Shown here piece after piece: positions 1 through 11,784 of a DNA stretch of 64,000 nucleotides. The stretch lies in the NCBI GenBank assembly GCA_012837335.1, contig DURM01000019.1:11247-75246 (forward strand). Reading direction: 5' to 3'. The DNA comes from Bacillota bacterium. Lineage in GTDB: Bacteria; Bacillota; Limnochordia; Darwinibacteriales; DTU012. A program made the position numbers and the translations under genes. Under the pieces are notes generated by a model. The model searched no databases. It saw nothing but the letters and a program-made list of their open reading frames with translations, and was not told the DNA's origin. Within the stretch, counting starts at the first letter, position 1. Every line of letters begins with the position of its first letter.

Positions 1-121
1 AGCAGTGGCAGAAGAGCCTGGGTATGGGAACAGTGGGATAAGGACCCTTATAAAATCCGCATTGGCAACCACAGTTTCTTTAGATAAATGCCACAGGTAT
101 GGGCTGTCCTCTTAGGGCAGC

Positions 122-778
122 CTATTTTCTCCGCGATTCTAACTCCTGCCAGATCTGATCTAATGCCACATTCTTTTCTACCAGCAAGACCAGCAGGTGA
201 TACAGTAAATCGCTCACCTCATAAATCAGCTCGCCGGGATCGGCATTTTTCGCTCCGATAATAACCTCAGCCGTTTCTTCCCCGACTTTTTTCAGGATCT
301 TATCAATACCCTTTTCAAATAAATAATTGGTATAAGAGCCGCCTTGAGGATTACGCTTGCGGTCTTCAATTAAAGCATACAGCTGATGCAGGATCTGTGA
401 GTTGTATACAGCTGCTGGGTCAAAAGTCCGTTCATGCTGCTCCCTGTTTGCCGCTGCCTGCACCGGATAATGAAAGCAGGAGCGATAGCCTTCATGGCAG
501 GCACCGGGACCAACTTGATCAACAGTAATCAAAAGACTGTCATAATCGCAGTCAGCTGTGACTTCCACTACCTGCTGCACATGCCCGGATGTTTCCCCTT
601 TCTGCCACAGTTGTTTGCGGCTGCGGCTGTAAAACCAGGTTAATCCGGTAGACAAGGTTTTATCAAGAGCTTCTTGATTCATATAAGCAAGCATTAAAAC
701 CTGACCGCTGCGATCCTGAATTATTGCCGGTATCAATCCGTTTTGATCAAACTTTAATTTTTGCTTCACTTTCGTCAC
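122..778 (-). CDS. hisI: Bifunctional phosphoribosyl-AMP cyclohydrolase / phosphoribosyl-ATP pyrophosphatase HisIE
   Basis: 218 aa. The N-terminal half matches the HisI cyclohydrolase (cysteine-rich, 'GETSGHVQQ') and the C-terminal half matches the HisE MazG-like fold. It is the last gene of the his cluster. Confidence 0.88.
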   Translation of the reverse strand: MTKVKQKLKFDQNGLIPAIIQDRSGQVLMLAYMNQEALDKTLSTGLTWFYSRSRKQLWQKGETSGHVQQVVEVTADCDYDSLLITVDQVGPGACHEGYRSCFHYPVQAAANREQHERTFDPAAVYNSQILHQLYALIEDRKRNPQGGSYTNYLFEKGIDKILKKVGEETAEVIIGAKNADPGELIYEVSDLLYHLLVLLVEKNVALDQIWQELESRRK

Positions 779-780
779 CT

Positions 781-1503
781 CTAACTGCGGGCAGCCGCAA
801 CTGCTTCTGCCAAATCAATTTGATTTGTATACAAGGCCTTGCCGATAATTACTGCATAAACCCCATAGGATGAAAGGCTGCGCAGATTGCGAATGTCATC
901 AAGCGATGATACTCCTCCCGATGCAACGATTTTGATTCCTGCTTGTCCCACTTCTTTTAAAGCATCCAAATTAGGACCAGTCAGCATCCCATCCCGCGCA
1001 ATATCTGTATAAATAATCTCCTCAACTCCAAGAGTTTTCATCCGTTCAATAAGCTCCAGAGCCGGAACAGTAGTAGTTTCCAGCCAGCCTTTAACTGCCA
1101 CCATACCATTGCGGGCATCGATGCCCACCACAATCCGCTCTCCATATTTGGCAATCGCCTGTTTAAACCAATCCGGTTCATCTAATACAGCTGTTCCTAA
1201 TACCGCTCTGGCTGCTCCCGCAGCAAAAGCAGCTTCTACAGCCGATAGGTTCCTGAGTCCTCCTCCCAATTCAATCGGGATCGACACCGCACCGGCAATT
1301 CTTTCGATCACATCCAGATTCTGAGGAAAGCCATCGCGGGCTCCGTCCAGATCGACTATGTGCAGCATTTCAGCGCCGGCATCGGCAAAAGCCCGAGCTG
1401 TTTGGACAGGGTCCGAGCTGTAGACAGTTTTTTTCGCATAGTCGCCCTGCTCTAGGCGGACGCATTCTCCATTGATTAAGTCAATAGCGGGTATAATCAG
1501 CAT
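781..1503 (-). CDS. hisA: 1-(5-phosphoribosyl)-5-[(5-phosphoribosylamino)methylideneamino]imidazole-4-carboxamide isomerase HisA
   Basis: Begins '[22 protein letters not shown]' and contains 'HIVDLDGA' and 'GGGLR', all HisA hallmarks rather than HisF. The ORF-track N-terminal extension to 1566 overlaps hisB and is probably not translated. Confidence 0.85.
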   Translation of the reverse strand: MLIIPAIDLINGECVRLEQGDYAKKTVYSSDPVQTARAFADAGAEMLHIVDLDGARDGFPQNLDVIERIAGAVSIPIELGGGLRNLSAVEAAFAAGAARAVLGTAVLDEPDWFKQAIAKYGERIVVGIDARNGMVAVKGWLETTTVPALELIERMKTLGVEEIIYTDIARDGMLTGPNLDALKEVGQAGIKIVASGGVSSLDDIRNLRSLSSYGVYAVIIGKALYTNQIDLAEAVAAARS

Positions 1504-1522
1504 CTGCATTTCGCTCCTATTT

Positions 1523-2131
1523 CTATAAATCCAATTTTCCTTTGGTCGAGAGGACTCTTTCCTCATCTGTAAGCATTACTGCTTGGCGCAGCGCGTGAGC
1601 CAGCGCTTTAAACAGCGCTTCAATAATGTGATGGCTGTTTGTTCCAGCCAGCTGCCGCGCATGCAGCGTCAACCCGGCATTTACAGCAAATGCGCGCAAA
1701 AACTCTTCGACGAGACAGGTATCAAACTGGCCTACCCGTTCCTGCGGCAGCTCAAGATTGTGAGCTAAAAACCCGCGCCCGCTGATATCCATCACTGCGT
1801 GAACGAGCGCTTCATCCATAGGAATACACGCATCTCCGTAGCGGGCAATACCTGCGCCATCACCGATACACTGCCGCAGCGCCTGCCCCAAGCAGATACC
1901 GACATCCTCCACTGTATGATGTCCGTCCACCTGCAGGTCTCCGGCGCAGGTCACCACCAAGTCAAATCCGCTGTGGCGGGCTAACGCTGTAAGCATATGA
2001 TCGAAAAAACCGATTCCAGTATTGATCTGATAAACACCGGTTCCGTCCAGATTCAGCTCAATCCTAATATCCGTTTCTTTTGTTGTCCGGGTAAATTTTG
2101 CCGCTCTTACCGCTTTATTCATGCTTGTCAC
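1523..2131 (-). CDS. hisB: Imidazoleglycerol-phosphate dehydratase HisB
   Basis: 202 aa with 'RTTKETDIRIELNLDG' and 'DGHHTVEDVGI' motifs typical of IGPD. Confidence 0.9.
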   Translation of the reverse strand: MTSMNKAVRAAKFTRTTKETDIRIELNLDGTGVYQINTGIGFFDHMLTALARHSGFDLVVTCAGDLQVDGHHTVEDVGICLGQALRQCIGDGAGIARYGDACIPMDEALVHAVMDISGRGFLAHNLELPQERVGQFDTCLVEEFLRAFAVNAGLTLHARQLAGTNSHHIIEALFKALAHALRQAVMLTDEERVLSTKGKLDL

Positions 2132-3488
2132 CCGCCTCCAAATCTTGCAGCCGGATTCTAATCGCGTTACCGTGGGCTGTTAAACCTTCCCGATCAGCAA
2201 TCTCCACTGCTTGCGGTCCAAATTTCTTCAAGCCCGCTTCTGAGTAATAAATAACGCTGGATTTTTTCACAAAATCATTGGTTGTCAATGGAGAGGCAAA
2301 ACGGGCTGTACCGTTTGTGGGCAGAATATGATTAGGACCAGCGATATAATCACCAACCGGTTCCGCCGCATATTTACCGAGGAAGATAGCCCCTGCGTGC
2401 TTGATTCTGCCTACTAACTCCCACGGGTTTTCGACCAGCAGTTCCAAATGCTCAGGCGCAAATACATTTGCAAGCTCAACTGCTTGATTCAGGTTCTCAG
2501 TAATAACAATTAGCCCCCAGTTTTCCAGGGCAACTGCTGCAATATCAGACGTATCGAGCGAACTCAGCTGCATTTCAATCTCATCTTGCACAGCAGCGGC
2601 ATATGCTTCACTGGTTGTAATTAGGGCCGCTGAGGCTTCCCAATCGTGTTCTGCCTGGGACAAAAGATCCGCAGCCGCATAAGCAGCCGGCACTGAACCG
2701 TCGGCAATTACTAAAATCTCACTGGGTCCGGCCAAGGCTTCGATCCCAACGCGGCCGTAAACCATCTTCTTGGCCAAGGTAACAAACAAATTACCCGGTC
2801 CCACTATTTTATCGACCCGCGGCACTGTTTCTGTGCCGTAGGCTAATGCTCCAATTGCCTGTGCACCGCCGGCTTTCAGCACCGCATTTACTCCGCAGCG
2901 TTTAGCAGCTACCAAAAGGTGCGGATCAATCTCTCCGTTCCGCAGCGGTGTAGCCATAATTATCTCGCTAACCCCTGCAACTCGGGCGGGAACCGCGCTC
3001 ATCACCACCGAAGAAATCAAGGGCGCATTGCCGCCGGGAACATAGATGCCAACTCGGTCTAGGGGAGTAACCTTCTGGCCGAGAATAATGCCATCGGCTT
3101 CGGGAGCAAACCAGCTGTTCTCCACTTGTTTCTGATGGTACTTTCTCACATTGATTATGGCTGTATCTAGAGCTTCGAGAAACTGGGGACTAACCATCGT
3201 TTCTGCCTGCTCAAACTCGTGCTTTCCGACAAAAAGCTGCTCTGAGGTTAATTTTTGCCCATCAATTTTATCTATGTAGCGCAGCAGTCCCGCATCGCCT
3301 TCCCGTTTAATATCACCCAGAATTACAGCTACCGATTCTTGAGGAGTCAGCGCTTTTCCAAAAATCTGCTTAGTGCGCTCCATCCCCGCCGGATTAACCG
3401 GCACCTCATCTAGATCCGGGCGAACCACCAGTTCCCGAACTGCTTCCAAAGATGGAAAATCTTTGACATTAACGATGCGCATTTTCAA
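2115..3488 (-). CDS. hisD: Histidinol dehydrogenase HisD
   Basis: 457 aa, conserved HisD core ('ALAYGTETVPRVDKIVGPGN', 'SQAEHD', 'HILPTNGTARF'). Confidence 0.92.
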   Translation of the reverse strand: MKMRIVNVKDFPSLEAVRELVVRPDLDEVPVNPAGMERTKQIFGKALTPQESVAVILGDIKREGDAGLLRYIDKIDGQKLTSEQLFVGKHEFEQAETMVSPQFLEALDTAIINVRKYHQKQVENSWFAPEADGIILGQKVTPLDRVGIYVPGGNAPLISSVVMSAVPARVAGVSEIIMATPLRNGEIDPHLLVAAKRCGVNAVLKAGGAQAIGALAYGTETVPRVDKIVGPGNLFVTLAKKMVYGRVGIEALAGPSEILVIADGSVPAAYAAADLLSQAEHDWEASAALITTSEAYAAAVQDEIEMQLSSLDTSDIAAVALENWGLIVITENLNQAVELANVFAPEHLELLVENPWELVGRIKHAGAIFLGKYAAEPVGDYIAGPNHILPTNGTARFASPLTTNDFVKKSSVIYYSEAGLKKFGPQAVEIADREGLTAHGNAIRIRLQDLEAGDKHE

Positions 3489-4113
3489 TCACTCCTTCAA
3501 GCGCGCCAACCAGCTCAACAATGGCTTCCCGCTTAGTTTTCAAACTGATCCGGTTAGCAATCAACCGCGCAGTACTCTCCATAATTGTATCCAGCACCAC
3601 CAAACCGTTTTCAACCAAGGTGCGCCCTGTTTCAGTAATATCCACTACTGCCTCGCTTAAACCAACAATCGGTCCTAACTCTATTGAACCGTTCAGGGGA
3701 ATGATCTCTACTTGAATCCCATGACTGTTGAAAAACTGATTGGCAGTATTGGGATATTTGCTGGCTACACGGCTGTTAAAATCTAGTTCCCGCACACTGG
3801 TAATATTGAGACTTTCGGGAACTGCTACAACCAGCTTGCAGTACCCGTATTTTAAATCCAACAGCTCGGCTACATCTTTATCGCTCTCGGTTAAGGTATC
3901 CTTGCCCACAACACCCAAATCGGCAGCTCCATATTCCACATAAGTGGGCACATCAGCCGGTTTGGCGAGAATAAACTGTAATCCGGCTGCGGGAACATCA
4001 ATCACAAGCTTACGGGTTTCCTGCAGCAGAGCATCGCAGTCGTACCCAGCTTTGCTTAGGAGTTCGAGAAAGGAATCTAATAACCTTCCTTTGGCTACCG
4101 CTATACTTAACAT
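3469..4113 (-). CDS. hisG: ATP phosphoribosyltransferase HisG, short form
   Basis: 214 aa short-form HisG ('LSIAVAKGRL', 'LILAKPADV...DLGVVGKD'). Short-form HisG requires HisZ, which is encoded immediately upstream. Confidence 0.9.
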   Translation of the reverse strand: MLSIAVAKGRLLDSFLELLSKAGYDCDALLQETRKLVIDVPAAGLQFILAKPADVPTYVEYGAADLGVVGKDTLTESDKDVAELLDLKYGYCKLVVAVPESLNITSVRELDFNSRVASKYPNTANQFFNSHGIQVEIIPLNGSIELGPIVGLSEAVVDITETGRTLVENGLVVLDTIMESTARLIANRISLKTKREAIVELVGALEGVIENAHR

Positions 4114-5315
4114 CCCCCAGCCCCCTCACAACCAGCTGGCATAATAGTATGAACAGCGCCAGCTTCGACAATAACTACCCTGCTGTATCCCTTTTGCTGG
4201 GCGTATTCGATGGCATCAGTCTCAGAAAGACACTGAACATCCACCTCAACTCGTGTTTTCCTGCTTCTTTCGGCTGCCGCAAATCTCAAAGCATCGGGCC
4301 AGGAGCGAGGCAGAACCAGGATTCCATTTGGTGCGGTATCACAACGCTGACCCTGATTCTCCAGCACCAGCATTAAACGCTCTAACCCGAGAGCAAAACC
4401 TACCGCCGGCAGACCGCTGCCGAAGCGATTTCCGAGCTGATCATAGCGTCCTCCGCTGCAGATAGTAAAGCCAAGACTTGGCACATATCCTTCTAAAACC
4501 ATGCCGGTATAATAATCAAGTGATTTGACGATGCTGAGGTCAATATAAATCTGATCCCTGAGACCATAGGCATCAAGATATGAGTATATTTCTTTTAAAT
4601 TGGCAACTGCGCTGCGGGCTCGGGGATTTTCCGTGCTGTAATAGGCCTGTTCTAAAAGGGACTCCCGACCCCGAAAATGCGGCAGTTTGAGAAGCAGTTT
4701 TTTAGTCTGCTCTGACAGATCGCTTTCAGCTGTTAAAGCTTTCAGCCCGACTAAATCTTTTTTAAGCAGAAGCTGCCAAAAGCGCTTTCGCAGCGACTCC
4801 AACTCACATTCTTCCAGAATGCCGTGGATATACCCGGTGTGTCCTAAATCCAAGTTAAAGTTGTTTACTCCCAGTTCATTGAAAACAGTAACTGCCAAAG
4901 CCGCAGCTTCTGCATCTGCTGCTGGTGAGCTGCTGCCGATTAATTCCACGCCGGCTTGATAAAATTCACGCTGAAAACCGACCTGGACATCATCATAACG
5001 AAACACATTGGCCAGATAGCTGAGGCGGAGCGGCTTTGGTTCATCTTTCAGCCGAGTTGCCACCATTCGGGCAATGGGAGTTGTTAAATCCGGACGCAGC
5101 ACCAGCAGCTCGCCATTGTGATCAAAAAACCGATACGTCTGCTGAGTTTCAGCCCCGTTTTGAACTAAAACATCGTGGAATTCAAAAGTAGGGGAAATCA
5201 CTTCCTGATATCCCCACTTATTAAACACGGTCCTAATTTTCTGTTCTAACTCTAATTTCCACTCTGCATCTGCCGGTAGAAAATCCTTTACACCCCGCGG
5301 TGTCCGCAGATCCAT
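4107..5315 (-). CDS. hisZ: ATP phosphoribosyltransferase regulatory subunit HisZ (HisRS paralog)
   Basis: 402 aa class-II aminoacyl-tRNA-synthetase-like protein ('MDLRTPRGVKDFLP...', 'YRFFDHNGELLVLRPDLT'). It has no anticodon-binding domain and sits directly upstream of short hisG. Confidence 0.85.
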   Translation of the reverse strand: MDLRTPRGVKDFLPADAEWKLELEQKIRTVFNKWGYQEVISPTFEFHDVLVQNGAETQQTYRFFDHNGELLVLRPDLTTPIARMVATRLKDEPKPLRLSYLANVFRYDDVQVGFQREFYQAGVELIGSSSPAADAEAAALAVTVFNELGVNNFNLDLGHTGYIHGILEECELESLRKRFWQLLLKKDLVGLKALTAESDLSEQTKKLLLKLPHFRGRESLLEQAYYSTENPRARSAVANLKEIYSYLDAYGLRDQIYIDLSIVKSLDYYTGMVLEGYVPSLGFTICSGGRYDQLGNRFGSGLPAVGFALGLERLMLVLENQGQRCDTAPNGILVLPRSWPDALRFAAAERSRKTRVEVDVQCLSETDAIEYAQQKGYSRVVIVEAGAVHTIMPAGCEGAGGC

Positions 5316-5327
5316 CCATCCCGCCTC

Positions 5328-6761
5328 CTATTCCCATTCAATGGTTGCCGGTGGCTTGGAGCTAATATCGTAAACCACACGATTCACGCCCTTAACTTCC
5401 CGCAGAATTCGGGAGCTGACCCGCTCAAGGAGATCATACGGCAGACGGACCCAGTCTGCAGCCATACCATCAACACTATTAACCGCCCGTAAAGCAACCA
5501 CATGGTCATAAGTGCGATCCTCTTGATCCATACCCACCGTTCTCGTATCGGTCAGCACAGCCAGCGCCTGCCAGACTCTGCCATACCATCCGGAATTCCG
5601 AAGTTCTTCAATAAAAATCGCATCTGCTTCGCGCAGTATCTCTAACTTAGCTTCAGTGATCTCACCGATGACTCGGACCGCTAAGCCTGGTCCTGGGAAA
5701 GGATGGCGCATCACAATCGAATCAGGCAGACCCAGCTGTCTGGCAACCATCCTCACTTCATCCTTAAAAAGCTGTCGCAGCGGTTCGATCAGCTCGAAAT
5801 TGAGATCGTCCGGAAGACCGCCTACATTGTGATGCGATTTAATCACTGCGCCTTCACCAATCCCGCTCTCAATTACATCTGGATAAAGCGTACCCTGCAC
5901 TAAAAAATCAACGCTGCCGAGTTTTTTTGCTTCTTCCTCAAAAACCCGGATGAATTCGGTACCAATAATCTTGCGTTTGGTTTCAGGATCGGCTACACCT
6001 TTCAGTTTCGCCAGGAACCGCTCACCTGCATCGACTGCAACAAGATTTAAATCAAATTCCCTGCTGAAAAGATCCACAACCTGCTGCACTTCGTTTTTCC
6101 GCATCAAACCGTTATCCACGAAGATGCAGGTCAGCTGAGAACCGATTGCTTTATGAACTAATACTGCAGCTGCTGAAGAATCGATACCACCACTTAAGCC
6201 GCAGACAACTTTTTTATCCCCAACCTGAGTGCGGATTGACTCAATCATCGAGTCAACAAAGCGATCCATGGTCCAGGTTTGCGTGCAGCCGCAGATGCGC
6301 AGCACAAAATTCTCAATAATTCTAGCTCCTAAATCTGTTTCCACAGCGGCGGGCTCCAGCTGCACCCCATACAGCTTGCGTTCCCGATCCTCCAGCGCGG
6401 CAAACGACTCATCTTCGTTTAACTCACTGCAATCCCAAAATAGTTCTGACTGCAGGTCTGCAGTTGTTGTAACACTGTCACCCAGCTGTACAGCCATCAA
6501 TTCCATACCTAGACCAAGGCCCAAAATCGGGATATTCAGCTCATACAGCTCGGGTTTAAGCTCCATTCTGTCCAGCGCATCCGGAGTTGATACTCCCGAT
6601 AGGATAATTCCCAGCGGTTTTTTATCAGCAATCTCCTTTACATCGGTATTCCAAGGCAGAATTTCACTGTAAACCTGGAAACTGCGAACTTTCCTGGCTA
6701 GATCCTGACTATAATGGGTTCCAAAATCCAGGACTAAAATCGTTTCCATATCAGTCACCAT
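5328..6761 (-). CDS. guaA: GMP synthase (GuaA) with degenerate class-I glutamine amidotransferase domain
   Basis: The C-terminal ATP-pyrophosphatase and dimerisation domains are canonical ('GLSGGIDSS' P-loop, '...KPPATIEWE' end). The N-terminal GATase domain aligns to GuaA, but the catalytic Cys is replaced ('ILGLGLGMELMAVQLG' versus 'GVCYGMQ') and the 'QFHPE' His/Glu motif reads 'QLEPA'. Confidence 0.85.
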   Translation of the reverse strand: MVTDMETILVLDFGTHYSQDLARKVRSFQVYSEILPWNTDVKEIADKKPLGIILSGVSTPDALDRMELKPELYELNIPILGLGLGMELMAVQLGDSVTTTADLQSELFWDCSELNEDESFAALEDRERKLYGVQLEPAAVETDLGARIIENFVLRICGCTQTWTMDRFVDSMIESIRTQVGDKKVVCGLSGGIDSSAAAVLVHKAIGSQLTCIFVDNGLMRKNEVQQVVDLFSREFDLNLVAVDAGERFLAKLKGVADPETKRKIIGTEFIRVFEEEAKKLGSVDFLVQGTLYPDVIESGIGEGAVIKSHHNVGGLPDDLNFELIEPLRQLFKDEVRMVARQLGLPDSIVMRHPFPGPGLAVRVIGEITEAKLEILREADAIFIEELRNSGWYGRVWQALAVLTDTRTVGMDQEDRTYDHVVALRAVNSVDGMAADWVRLPYDLLERVSSRILREVKGVNRVVYDISSKPPATIEWE

Positions 6762-6767
6762 CCTATT

Positions 6768-7313
6768 TTAACTATCCTGATACGCAGAAGGAGAGAGAAT
6801 CGCCACATAAGGCAGCGAGCGGTACTGCTCCGCGTAGTCAATACCATAACCCACTACAAACTCATCGGGAATGGTAAAGCCGAGATAATCCGCCCGCTCA
6901 TCTACCTGGCGCCGATCCGGCTTATCCAATAGAGCGCAGACCTTAAGGCTTGCCGGATTGCGGGATAAGAGATTATTTTTTAAGTAATTCAGCGTTAAGC
7001 CTGTATCCACAATGTCTTCCACAATCAAAACATGCCGTCCCTCGATTGGCAGATCCAAATCTTTAAGGATGCGAACTGCGCCGGAAGTTTGGTAAGAACT
7101 GCCGTAACTGGAAACTGCCATAAAGTCAACATTGATCGGAATCGAAACCTTTCTAATTAGGTCGGAAAAGAAGCAGATGGCCCCTTTTAAAATGCCGACT
7201 AAAACCAAATCTTTTCCTTGATAATCTTGAGATATCTGGGCACCCAGCTCCGCAACGCGGCTGCTTATCTGCTCTTCACTCAATAAAATTTCTTGAATCG
7301 GATTCATACGCAC
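6768..7313 (-). CDS. hpt: Hypoxanthine phosphoribosyltransferase
   Basis: 181 aa with the PRPP-binding motif 'VLIVEDIVDTGLTL' and overall Hpt similarity. Confidence 0.85.
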   Translation of the reverse strand: MRMNPIQEILLSEEQISSRVAELGAQISQDYQGKDLVLVGILKGAICFFSDLIRKVSIPINVDFMAVSSYGSSYQTSGAVRILKDLDLPIEGRHVLIVEDIVDTGLTLNYLKNNLLSRNPASLKVCALLDKPDRRQVDERADYLGFTIPDEFVVGYGIDYAEQYRSLPYVAILSPSAYQDS

Positions 7314-7392
7314 ACTCCTTGAATCATCTTATAACTAAGTATTGTTCGCTAACATCACAGATATTTCCTTTATAATTAGTGTTAACATAACG

Positions 7393-7430
7393 CAAAAAGG
7401 GAACCCTGCACAGTTACAGGATTCCCTTTT
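7393..7430 (-). terminator. Rho-independent terminator downstream of groEL
   Basis: Minus-strand hairpin AAAGGGAAUCCUG-loop-CAGGGUUCCCUUU followed by UUUUUG. It lies 20 nt after the groEL stop. Confidence 0.5.
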
Positions 7431-7450
7431 ACTTTACCTAATACTTGGTC

Positions 7451-9073
<1,623 letters not shown>

Positions 9074-9092
9074 TCACCTTCCTTTTACTAAA

Positions 9093-9380
9093 TTATCCAA
9101 GTACTGCTAACAGATCTGATTCTTTAACGATCAGATATTCTTCACCTTGGTACTTAACTTCAGTACCTGCGTATTTTGCAAAAATTACTGTGTCGCCAAC
9201 ATTTACATTAACGGGAATCAATTCACCTTTGTCATTATGTTTACCAGGACCTACTGCTAAAACTTTGCCCTGCTGAGGCTTTTCTTTCGCGTTATCTGGC
9301 AGGAAAATACCGCTTTGAGTCTTTTCTTCAGCCTCTAACACTTTAAGTATTACTCGGTCACCTAATGGTTTGAGATTCAT
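9093..9380 (-). CDS. groS: Co-chaperonin GroES
   Basis: 95 aa ('[14 protein letters not shown]...'), immediately upstream of groEL. Confidence 0.95.
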   Translation of the reverse strand: MNLKPLGDRVILKVLEAEEKTQSGIFLPDNAKEKPQQGKVLAVGPGKHNDKGELIPVNVNVGDTVIFAKYAGTEVKYQGEEYLIVKESDLLAVLG

Positions 9381-9422
9381 TTGTAGTACCTCCTTTTGAA
9401 TATCGTATATCGCTAGCAGTTA

Positions 9423-9449
9423 TTAGCACTCGATAATGGTGAGTGCTAA
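9423..9449 (-). promoter_or_regulatory. CIRCE operator (HrcA-binding inverted repeat)
   Basis: Exact CIRCE consensus TTAGCACTC-N9-GAGTGCTAA, 42 nt upstream of the groES start. Confidence 0.85.
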
Positions 9450-9458
9450 CCAACTCCT

Positions 9459-9487
9459 ATGATATAAAACCGGCTTTCCAAATGCAA
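9459..9487 (-). promoter_or_regulatory. Putative sigma-A promoter of groESL
   Basis: Minus-strand TTGCAT, 17 nt spacer, then TATCAT. It sits just upstream of CIRCE, as in the Bacillus groE arrangement. Confidence 0.45.
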
Positions 9488-9613
9488 ATATGATCTTTGA
9501 GCGAAAAAACCAATTTTCGTCATTTATTGGCATCCTTGTGTTTATATCTTCTATTTGCTCGATATTACTTTCTTTTCCTATTATAACCATAATCTGGATC
9601 GCCTATACAGTGC

Positions 9614-10633
9614 TTATTCTAACTGCAGATTGGGAAATGCGTTCAAATCCCAACCATGGGCATGGCCAGCTGCGTACTTAAAATGCCCGGCACTGGCTAT
9701 CATCGCTGCATTATCTGTGCACAGAACCGGAGGCGGAACCAAAACTCCTATGCCTAAAGGATCTGCCAGCGTTCTTACCTTTTCTCTTAAGCTGCTGTTA
9801 GCTGCTACTCCTCCAGAGAGAATGATCTGCTTTGCGCCTTTTTCTTTGGCCGCCCTAATCACTTTAGCAGAAAGGACGTCCACAATTGCCCATTGAAAAC
9901 TAGCAGCAAAATCCGGCAGATTAATCTCCTCACCCATCTGCCTGGCGCGGTTAATATAGTTTAAGGCAGCAGTTTTTAAGCCGCTGAAGCTGAAGTCAAA
10001 TGTATCTTCCCCACCCAGACCCCGGGGAAAATCAATGGCACCACGGTTTCCCGCTTTGGCTAATCTGTCAATCTGAGGACCTCCGGGATAAGGCAGACCC
10101 AGCACTCTTGCAATTTTATCAAAAGCCTCACCGGCGGCATCATCACGTGTTCGACCTAAAATTTCGTAATGACCGAACTCGGGAATGTGAAGCAGATCGG
10201 TATGCCCTCCGGATGCTGTTAAGCAGATAAAAGGCGGTTCCAGATCGGGTTCGGCCAGGATGTTGGCATAAATGTGGCCTTCAATATGATTGACACCAAC
10301 GAGTGGCTTGCCCAGCGCAAACGCTAAGGATTTTGCCGCCTGCAGGCCTACTAATAGACCGCCAACAAGACCGGGACCGTAAGTCACGGCAATCACATCG
10401 ATATCTTCCAGCTTTACACCGGCATCGAGCAGAGCTTGGTCGATAACCGGAAAAATGGCTTCAATATGTTTCCGCGCCGCAATCTCCGGAACTACACCGC
10501 CGAATCGCTGGTGCAGATCGATCTGGGATGCGATGACATTCGATAGAATATACTTTCCATCAGCGATGACCGCAGCCGCAGTTTCATCACAGCTTGTTTC
10601 AATTCCCAGTGTCAGTATTCTCTTCAAACTCAT
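9614..10633 (-). CDS. tsaD: tRNA N6-adenosine threonylcarbamoyltransferase TsaD
   Basis: 339 aa Kae1/Gcp family ('[16 protein letters not shown]', 'HIEGHIYA'). Confidence 0.9.
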   Translation of the reverse strand: MSLKRILTLGIETSCDETAAAVIADGKYILSNVIASQIDLHQRFGGVVPEIAARKHIEAIFPVIDQALLDAGVKLEDIDVIAVTYGPGLVGGLLVGLQAAKSLAFALGKPLVGVNHIEGHIYANILAEPDLEPPFICLTASGGHTDLLHIPEFGHYEILGRTRDDAAGEAFDKIARVLGLPYPGGPQIDRLAKAGNRGAIDFPRGLGGEDTFDFSFSGLKTAALNYINRARQMGEEINLPDFAASFQWAIVDVLSAKVIRAAKEKGAKQIILSGGVAANSSLREKVRTLADPLGIGVLVPPPVLCTDNAAMIASAGHFKYAAGHAHGWDLNAFPNLQLE

Positions 10634-11099
10634 CAGACTTCAATTCCTTCCACATAATCAGCGCATCTTCACCATCATCCAAGTAATACTTTGGACGGAT
10701 GCCGGCATCTTCAAAGCCCAGCTTCCGATATAGTGCCTGGGCACGGTAATTGGATACACGCACTTCCAGAGTCATTCTCCGCACTCCAAGACCATAAGCC
10801 AGCTGAGCCATCTCTTTAATGAGCCTGGTCCCGATCCCCTGCCGGCGCCATGCCGGATGCACCGCCACATTAGTAATATGTCCTTCGTCAAGAATAACCC
10901 ACATGCCGATATAACCCACTACCTGTTCTTGGCTGCGGATTACCAAATAGCGGGCACAGTCATTCTGGGTAATCTCTGCAATAAAAGCCTGCATCGACCA
11001 TGGCGTGGAAAAAGAATGGCGTTCAATTACCTGAACTCCGGGTATATCACTGATTTTCATTGTATCAATCGAAAGCTGAATATCATCTTCCGGTTTCAT
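10599..11099 (-). CDS. rimI: Ribosomal-protein-alanine N-acetyltransferase RimI (GNAT)
   Basis: GNAT acetyl-CoA motif '[10 protein letters not shown]'. It lies between tsaB and tsaD, as is conserved in Firmicutes. Start taken at 'MKPEDD'. Confidence 0.78.
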   Translation of the reverse strand: MKPEDDIQLSIDTMKISDIPGVQVIERHSFSTPWSMQAFIAEITQNDCARYLVIRSQEQVVGYIGMWVILDEGHITNVAVHPAWRRQGIGTRLIKEMAQLAYGLGVRRMTLEVRVSNYRAQALYRKLGFEDAGIRPKYYLDDGEDALIMWKELKSDEFEENTDTGN

Positions 11100-11784
11100 G
11101 TTCTTTCTCCGCTTTATCAAATTGATACTCGGCACTGCTTTTACGCATATAAAAAGGCAGGACTTCGTACCACTCTAGTGTTTTTCCCTGTTTAAACCGC
11201 TCTAAACCTAAACCGGCAGCGCTGCTCGGCCGCAGCTGCAGTTCCTGATCAGCAGGAATAACTGCCTGCTCGATCTCACTCAGCTCTTCCCGGTAAACCA
11301 AGGCACCGGGACCAGTTATTAAAACTGGTTCGGAAACCGAGTTAAGCTTATCCACTAAATCGCTGACTTTCCAGTTTACTGCTTCTGATTCTGGTTTGCC
11401 GCCTCGAAAAGCCTGAGTAAAGACCTCTCTGCGCCGGGCATCAATTAACGGATACATCAGGTGCGGATAAATGCGATACTGCCAGGCAAGGGCTTCCATG
11501 GCTGTTACCGCAACAATCGGTTTACTCATGGCATAGGCAAACCCTTTGATAGTAGCCAAACCAACCCGAAGCCCCGTAAAAGAACCGGGTCCGGTTACTA
11601 CCGCAAAAGCGCTGATATCCTCCAGAGCTGTCCCGGTATCACTTAAAATGCGTTCAATTGTAGGAATGATCAGTTCAGAATGGCCGTTGTGGATTGTAAG
11701 CAGATACTCAGCTATCAGACCTGCCTCACTTACCAAGGCTGCACCGCCAATACTGCCAGAAGTATCTATTCCCATAATCATCAT
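11083..11784 (-). CDS. tsaB: tRNA threonylcarbamoyladenosine biosynthesis protein TsaB (YeaZ)
   Basis: 233 aa inactive Kae1 paralog ('MIMGIDTSGSIGGAALV'). Confidence 0.85.
   Translation of the reverse strand: MMIMGIDTSGSIGGAALVSEAGLIAEYLLTIHNGHSELIIPTIERILSDTGTALEDISAFAVVTGPGSFTGLRVGLATIKGFAYAMSKPIVAVTAMEALAWQYRIYPHLMYPLIDARRREVFTQAFRGGKPESEAVNWKVSDLVDKLNSVSEPVLITGPGALVYREELSEIEQAVIPADQELQLRPSSAAGLGLERFKQGKTLEWYEVLPFYMRKSSAEYQFDKAEKEHETGR

Noticed and set aside
781-1566. Possibility that this TIM-barrel gene is hisF rather than hisA
   Set aside because: The N-terminus 'MLIIPAIDL...' and 'HIVDLDGA' match HisA. HisF has 'RIIPCLDV' and a different phosphate-binding pattern.
7314-7450. Possible purine riboswitch upstream of hpt-guaA
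   Set aside because: The leader after the groEL terminator is only about 70 nt. It lacks the conserved purine-aptamer loops and P1 stem, so it is more likely a simple promoter.
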